From Miltoncostaeaceae bacterium (lineage in GTDB: Bacteria; Actinomycetota; Thermoleophilia; Miltoncostaeales; Miltoncostaeaceae): a DNA stretch of 30,748 nt. The DNA lies in the NCBI GenBank assembly GCA_036257075.1, contig DATAGF010000183.1:1-30748 (forward strand), given 5' to 3'. The translations under genes and the position numbers were made by a program. The notes under the pieces were generated by a model. The model did no database searches. It saw nothing but the letters and a program-made list of their open reading frames with translations, and was not told where the DNA came from. Shown here piece by piece: positions 25,834 to 30,748 of the stretch (positions are counted from its first letter, which is position 1; each line of letters opens with the position of its first letter).

Positions 25834-27029
25834 GAGGGCCTCCCCGCCGCCTTCGCGGCCACGCGCCCGTCCCTGAGCTCGAGCTCGAGCTCCTGCCCGG
25901 CCGCCACGACCGCCGCGTCGGCGAGCACGCGGCCGTCGCCGGCATCGCGCACGATCGCGTAGCCGCGCGCCAGCGTACGCCGCGGCGAGAGCGCGCCCAG
26001 CAGGGCCTCGGCCCGGTCCACGCGCTCCCCGGCCGCGGCGGCCGAGCGGCGGAGGGCGGGCGCCAGCCGGGACGCCAGGCGCTCGGCCCGGTCGCCCGCG
26101 AGCTCGCCGCGGCCGCGGAGCGCCCGCGCCAGGGAGGCGGACCGGCCCCGCAGCGCCTCCTCGGCCCCCGCCCGGGCCCGCAGCAGCCCGCGCGCGACCG
26201 CGGCCCCGGCGTCGGCGAGGTGGGTCTCGACCGCCTCGCGGCTGGGCACGACGGCCGCCGCCGCGGCGGTGGGCGTGGACACGCGCACGTCGGCGACCAG
26301 GTCGCACAGGGTGACGTCGCGCTCGTGCCCGACCGCCGAGACGACCGGCGTCGAGGAGGCGGCCACGGCCCGGCACACCGGCTCGCCGTTGAAGGCCATC
26401 AGGTCCTCGAGCGAGCCCCCTCCGCGCGCCACCACGATCACCTCCACCTCGGGAACGGCGTCGAGGTGGCGCAGCGCCCTCGCGATGAGGCGCGGCGCGT
26501 CGTCGCCCTGCACCGGGACCGCCACCACGACGACGTCCGCCTCGGGCAGCCGCGCCCAGACGTTGGTCAGGACGTCCTGGCGGGCCGCGCCGTCGGCGCT
26601 GGTGACCAGGCCGATGCGCCGCGGGAGCATCGGCGGGCGGCGCTTGCGAGCCGGGTCGAGGAGGCCCTCGGCGGCCAGCCGGCCGCGCAGCTCGCCGACC
26701 TGCGCCCGCAGGAGCCCCTCCCCCACGAGCTCGAGGCGCTCCACCCGCATGCTCACCTGTCCCCGGGCCCGCCAGAACTCCATCCGCCCGTAGGCCTGCA
26801 CCAGGGCGCCGTCTGCCGGCTTGTGCGCGAGGCGCTCGTACACGATGCCGTTCATCGACGCGTCGATGGCGTGGCCACCGCGAAGGGTGAAGCGCACCTG
26901 GCTGCGCGACGGGCGCAGGTCCTGGACCTCCGCCTCCACCCAGAACGAGCGCAGGCCCTCGAACATCGACGCCAGCCGGGCGCTCACCTCCTCGACCGAG
27001 AACACCCTCCGGCCGCCGACGACCTTCAC
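25830..27029 (-). CDS. xseA: Exodeoxyribonuclease VII large subunit
   Basis: IGLVTS..GAARQD, VQG, RGGGSLEDL..FN, SAVGHERD and TPTAAA motifs. GTG at 27029. Confidence 0.95.
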   Translation of the reverse strand: MKVVGGRRVFSVEEVSARLASMFEGLRSFWVEAEVQDLRPSRSQVRFTLRGGHAIDASMNGIVYERLAHKPADGALVQAYGRMEFWRARGQVSMRVERLELVGEGLLRAQVGELRGRLAAEGLLDPARKRRPPMLPRRIGLVTSADGAARQDVLTNVWARLPEADVVVVAVPVQGDDAPRLIARALRHLDAVPEVEVIVVARGGGSLEDLMAFNGEPVCRAVAASSTPVVSAVGHERDVTLCDLVADVRVSTPTAAAAAVVPSREAVETHLADAGAAVARGLLRARAGAEEALRGRSASLARALRGRGELAGDRAERLASRLAPALRRSAAAAGERVDRAEALLGALSPRRTLARGYAIVRDAGDGRVLADAAVVAAGQELELELRDGRVAAKAAGRPS

Positions 27030-28363
27030 GGCAGCAGCGCGTCGACGATCTCGGCCGCCCGCCCCCCGCTGGCGACGGCGCCCTCGATGGACGGGTGGGT
27101 GGTGAGGTCGCCCGCGAGCGACAGGTTCTCGATCGCCGTGCGCGGCCCCGGCAGCTCGCGCCGGACGCCGCTCAGGGGCCGGTACTGCGCGAAGGGGTGC
27201 TCGTACACGTCGATGAGCTCGGCGAGCTCGTCCCAGTCGTAGCCCGGGGTCCAGCGGCGCACCAGGTCGCGGGTCGCCTCGGCCAGGCCGTCCGGGCCGC
27301 CGTCCTGGGTGGTGACCCGCGTGGCCAGCAGGATGTGGGGCCCCTCGGGGGCGCCCGGCCGGGTGATGTTGGTGGTCTGGCAGAGCAGGTCCACCCGGGG
27401 GGTGCCGGGCGGGTCGCGGTCGGCGTTGAGCAGGATCACGCGGCCGCGGTAGAGCGGCGTGCGCAGGGCGAAGGCGGCCGTCGCCGAGGACGCCGGCTCG
27501 CTCGGCAGTCGGCCGGCCGAGTCGGCGTCGAGGGGCTGGAGCAGGCGCGCGGCCGCCGGCGCCTCGGCGGCGAGCACCACCTGGCTCGCGGCGATGCGGC
27601 GCCCGTCGTCGGTCGTCACCGCGGCGACGCGGCGCCCCGCGGCGTCCGGCTCGAGCGCCGCCGCGCGGACGCCGAGCTCGATCGTCCCGCCGGCCTGGCG
27701 CACGGCCGCCGAGGTCCACTCGGCGATCATGCCGAGCCCGTCGCTCGGGATCGCCGCGGGCCCGCGCGCCAGCATGCGGACCAGGAAGCGGAAGTAGCCG
27801 GGGTCGGCGCCGAGCGAGCGGTCGAGCAGGATCGTCCCGAACAGGGGCCGGAAGACGTCCTCGATCGCGTCGTCGGAGAAGCCCCGGGCCCGCAGGAAGG
27901 CCTCGGTGCTCAGCCCCTCGTCGTCCTGGGCCAGCAGGGTCTCGGCCGGCCGGGCCACGGCCTCGGCCGCCAGGGCGGCCAGCCGGCGGCGGTCGGCGCC
28001 GCCGAGGCCGGTGAAGCGCAGGGTCGCGACCTTCGAGGTGCCGAGGCGATGGATGGTCCCGTCGCCGTGCACGAAGACCGCGCCGCCGCTCACGGGCCGG
28101 AGGTCGCGGCGCGGGATCCCGACCGCCCGCATCAGCTCGCGGGTGCGGGGATAGGCCTTGAAGACCACCTGGAAGCCGCGGTCGACGGGCCGGCCGCGGT
28201 GCCAGACGGTGCGCGCCCGCCCCCCCGGCGCCTCCTCGGCCTCGACCAGGTGGACCGAGCGGCCGGCCTTGACCAGCCCGTGAGCGCAGGCGAGGCCCGC
28301 CAGGCCCCCGCCCACGATCACGCAATCGAGCCCCTCGCCGCGGCCGCTGGGTCGCGTCGTCAT
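27026..28363 (-). CDS. FAD-dependent oxidoreductase (amine oxidase/phytoene desaturase-like superfamily)
   Basis: IVGGGLAGL, E....GGR.RT, DRGFQV, LAGD and SIEGAVASG motifs. ATG at 28363. Confidence 0.9.
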   Translation of the reverse strand: MTTRPSGRGEGLDCVIVGGGLAGLACAHGLVKAGRSVHLVEAEEAPGGRARTVWHRGRPVDRGFQVVFKAYPRTRELMRAVGIPRRDLRPVSGGAVFVHGDGTIHRLGTSKVATLRFTGLGGADRRRLAALAAEAVARPAETLLAQDDEGLSTEAFLRARGFSDDAIEDVFRPLFGTILLDRSLGADPGYFRFLVRMLARGPAAIPSDGLGMIAEWTSAAVRQAGGTIELGVRAAALEPDAAGRRVAAVTTDDGRRIAASQVVLAAEAPAAARLLQPLDADSAGRLPSEPASSATAAFALRTPLYRGRVILLNADRDPPGTPRVDLLCQTTNITRPGAPEGPHILLATRVTTQDGGPDGLAEATRDLVRRWTPGYDWDELAELIDVYEHPFAQYRPLSGVRRELPGPRTAIENLSLAGDLTTHPSIEGAVASGGRAAEIVDALLP

Positions 28364-29325
28364 CGGGGCGCGATGGTACCAATGCCCTCCCGGTCGGGAG
28401 CCGGCGCGTCGAGCGCGGCGCACAGCTCCACCGCGCAGTCGATGAACGTCCGCGCCGCCCGCGACAGCGCCCGGTGGCGGTGCCAGGCGAGCGCGACCCG
28501 GCGCGGCGGCAGCGCCTCGGCCGGCGTGAGCATGACGACCTGGTCGTCGTTCGGCTCGACCGCAAGCGCCGGCATCAGGGCCGCCGCCATCCCCGCCCCG
28601 ACCAGCCCCTGGACCGTGCCGTTGTCGTCCGAGCGGAAGACGACGTTCAGCTCGATCCCCCGGCTCCGGAGCAGGCGCTCGATCTGCTCGCCGGCGAAGC
28701 AGTGGCGGCTCCCGATCAGCGGGATCTCGCCCAGCTCGGCGAGCGTCGGCGGCCGGCCCGCAAGCGCCAGCGGCGAGCCGGCGGCGGCGACCACGAAGTA
28801 GGGGTCGCGCATCAGCTCGACCGCCTCGAAGGGGCCGCCGGCCAGGGGCAGGACCGTGAAGGTCAGGTCGGTCTCGCCGCGCTCGAGCTCGTCGAGCAGC
28901 TCCTGGTCCGAGGCCGACTCGGTGAGCAGGACCTCCACGCCCGGGCGGTCGACGACGAACCGGCGCACCAGGTCGGGCAGGATCCGCGCGCCGACGCTCT
29001 GGTAGGTGCCCACCCGCAACGTGCCCGCGTCGCCGGCCGAGAGCGCCTGCAGGTCGGCCCAGGCCGCCTCCATGCCGGCCACGACCCGCTCGGCGTGCCG
29101 CAGCAGCACCTCGCCGGCCTCGGTCAGCGAGACCCGGCGCGGGCCGCCGGGGCGGTCGATGAGCCGCTCGCCGACCGCGCGCTCCAGCGTGCCGATCTGC
29201 TGCGAGACCGCCGACTGCGTGTAGCCGAGGCTCGCGGCCGCCGCGCCGAAGGAGCCCTCGCGGGCGACGGCGCGGAGCGCCGCCAGGTGGCGGACCTCGA
29301 CGCGGAGCCATCCATCACGTTCCAT
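28360..29325 (-). CDS. LysR family transcriptional regulator
   Basis: HTH segment RHLAAL..VAREGSFGAAAASLGYTQSAVSQQI..LE, plus LRVGTYQS and VGAGMAAALMP. The start is ATG 29325 or 29331. Confidence 0.95.
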   Translation of the reverse strand: MERDGWLRVEVRHLAALRAVAREGSFGAAAASLGYTQSAVSQQIGTLERAVGERLIDRPGGPRRVSLTEAGEVLLRHAERVVAGMEAAWADLQALSAGDAGTLRVGTYQSVGARILPDLVRRFVVDRPGVEVLLTESASDQELLDELERGETDLTFTVLPLAGGPFEAVELMRDPYFVVAAAGSPLALAGRPPTLAELGEIPLIGSRHCFAGEQIERLLRSRGIELNVVFRSDDNGTVQGLVGAGMAAALMPALAVEPNDDQVVMLTPAEALPPRRVALAWHRHRALSRAARTFIDCAVELCAALDAPAPDREGIGTIAPR

Positions 29326-29328
29326 GAT
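29314..29328. promoter_or_regulatory. Putative LysR recognition box ATCA-N7-TGAT (T-N11-A) over the lysR start
   Basis: Interrupted palindrome ATCAcgttccaTGAT read directly; it matches the known LTTR box format. Confidence 0.55.
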
Positions 29329-29412
29329 CATCCTGAACGCTAACTGGATTTGTCCTTATCGCCAAGCCGCGCGAGCCTTGGAGGTAGGTGAACCGGCGAT
29401 CAGGGAGACGCG

Positions 29413-29802
29413 ATGTACGGCGGTCCGAGGGATTGGGAGCGGCCCCCCACCAGCGCGCGGGAGCGCGACGAGCTCCTCCACCGCGCCGTCCTCCAGGCGG
29501 CCGTCGCGAAGCGGCGCAGGGCTCGCTGGCGGGCGCTCGCACGCCGGGTTCGCGGCGGGCTACGCCCGTCCGTACACGGGGAGCGCGGCGCCGGTCACGG
29601 CGCTCGCCTCGGGGGAGGTCAGGAAGCGGATCACCTGCCCGATCTCCTCGGGTTTCACCCACCGGGCGTGGTCGGCATCCCCCTGCGCCGCCCGATTGGC
29701 CGGCGTGTCGATGACGCTCGGCAGGATGCAGTTCACCGTGACGCCGTCGTGCTTCACCTCCTCCGAGGCCGCCGTGACCAGGGCGATCAGCGCGGCCTTT
29801 GA
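29413..29802 (+). CDS. Possible small Arg-rich protein divergent from lysR; its 3' part is antisense to the SDR
   Basis: GGGAG SD 5 nt before ATG 29413. The first roughly 50 codons lie in otherwise empty DNA, but the remaining 243 nt overlap the SDR. Confidence 0.4.
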   Translation: MYGGPRDWERPPTSARERDELLHRAVLQAAVAKRRRARWRALARRVRGGLRPSVHGERGAGHGARLGGGQEADHLPDLLGFHPPGVVGIPLRRPIGRRVDDARQDAVHRDAVVLHLLRGRRDQGDQRGL

Positions 29803-30258
29803 CGCGGCGTAGGCGCTCGCCCCCGCGAACGGGCGCAGCGCGGCCCGGCTCGAGACCGCCACCACGCGCCCGCCGCCGCGCCGCACCATGGCCGGGAGGA
29901 ATGCCCGCATCGCCAGCGCGGCGCCCCGGACGTTGAGCTCGACCTGCCGGTCCCACGCCTCCAGGTCCAGCGACGCCACCGGGTTCTCGTCGTGGTAGCC
30001 GCCCACCAGGTGCGCTAGCGCCCACACCCCGTCGCCGGCGTCGAGGTCGGCGGCGAGCGCCGCGAGCTCGCCGGCGTCGGTGACGTCCACCCGGCGCAGA
30101 TCGGCGTCGGGGCCGAGCACCTCGCGGGCCCGCTCGACCTCGCGCTCCACCACCCACGTCACGACCAGCCGCCGGCCCGTCTCCTGCAGCACGCGGCACA
30201 CCCCGAGCCCGAGGCCGCCCGTCCCGCCCGTGACGACGATCGCCCCGCCCGTGGCCAC
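29560..30258 (-). CDS. Short-chain dehydrogenase/reductase
   Basis: VVTGGTGGLG, VAVSS, YAASK (YxxxK) and VNCILPSVIDT motifs. GGAGGAG SD before GTG 30258. Confidence 0.93.
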   Translation of the reverse strand: MATGGAIVVTGGTGGLGLGVCRVLQETGRRLVVTWVVEREVERAREVLGPDADLRRVDVTDAGELAALAADLDAGDGVWALAHLVGGYHDENPVASLDLEAWDRQVELNVRGAALAMRAFLPAMVRRGGGRVVAVSSRAALRPFAGASAYAASKAALIALVTAASEEVKHDGVTVNCILPSVIDTPANRAAQGDADHARWVKPEEIGQVIRFLTSPEASAVTGAALPVYGRA

Positions 30259-30279
30259 GCCCGCTCCTCCCGTCGACGA

Positions 30280-30315
30280 CGAAGGCCGCCGGACCATACC
30301 GTCCCGCGGCCTTCG
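30280..30315 (-). terminator. Hairpin downstream of 5S rRNA, with no U-tract
   Basis: 10-bp stem CGAAGGCCGC/GCGGCCTTCG with an inner GGAC/GTCC pair, about 15 nt after the 5S 3' end. Confidence 0.45.
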
Positions 30316-30329
30316 CTCCACTCAATCAA

Positions 30330-30447
30330 TCCCGGCGGCGACCTACTCTCCCGCGAGCCTTCGCTCGGAGTACCATCGGCGCTGAGGGGCTTAACGACTC
30401 TGTTCGGAATGGGAAGAGGTGTGACCCCCTCGCTACGGCCACCGGGA
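30330..30447 (-). rRNA. rrf: 5S rRNA
   Basis: The reverse complement contains CCCATTCCGAAC, GTTAAGC, GCCGATGGTACT and GAGAGTAGG; about 118 nt with paired ends. Confidence 0.97.
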
Positions 30448-30502
30448 ACCCGTGAGGGTCGTACCCTCAAGACTGCATAGCGGCATTCGGTGCGCTCTGA
30501 AC

Positions 30503-30748
<246 letters not shown>

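Noticed and set aside
25830-29311. 911-aa (XseA) and 761-aa (oxidoreductase) apparent fusions
   Set aside because: The upstream parts are off-frame reads of neighbouring genes. The real starts are at 27029 and 28363.

Overview
Very GC-rich (by eye about 75%) chromosomal core region of a bacterium, probably an actinobacterium of the Thermoleophilia type (inference from GC, leaderless promoters, Asp-type MurA and short HisG with HisZ). Almost all genes are on the minus strand. Read from right to left, the window holds the 3' end of an rRNA operon (partial 23S, then 5S), an SDR, and lysR-FAD oxidoreductase-xseA-xseB. Next come a PLP class V C-S lyase-like gene, murA-hisZGDBHAF, a methyltransferase with a SnoaL-like/phosphotransferase fusion and ridA, and a tRNA nucleotidyltransferase followed by pgeF-yggS-sepF-proC. 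The left part carries yggT-yggU-lspA-rluD, rpsB-tsf-pyrH-frr-uppS-cdsA and a partial M42 peptidase. A few accessory genes lie on the plus strand. The most interesting is a two-gene cassette at 24730-25663 with its own near-consensus promoter. It encodes an 85-aa protein with a MoaD/ThiS/ubiquitin-like layout ending PRAAGG-GVS and a membrane-anchored, Cys-containing partner of unknown family. The cassette is divergent from the C-S lyase-like gene, and no E1 or JAB gene is in the window. Other notable signals are three apparent CTG starts overlapping the upstream TGA, three stop codons that double as -10 boxes, and a nested-palindrome element at a synteny break. I found no CRISPR array, tRNA, transposase or phage gene. 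All product calls come from motif recognition, not database searches.
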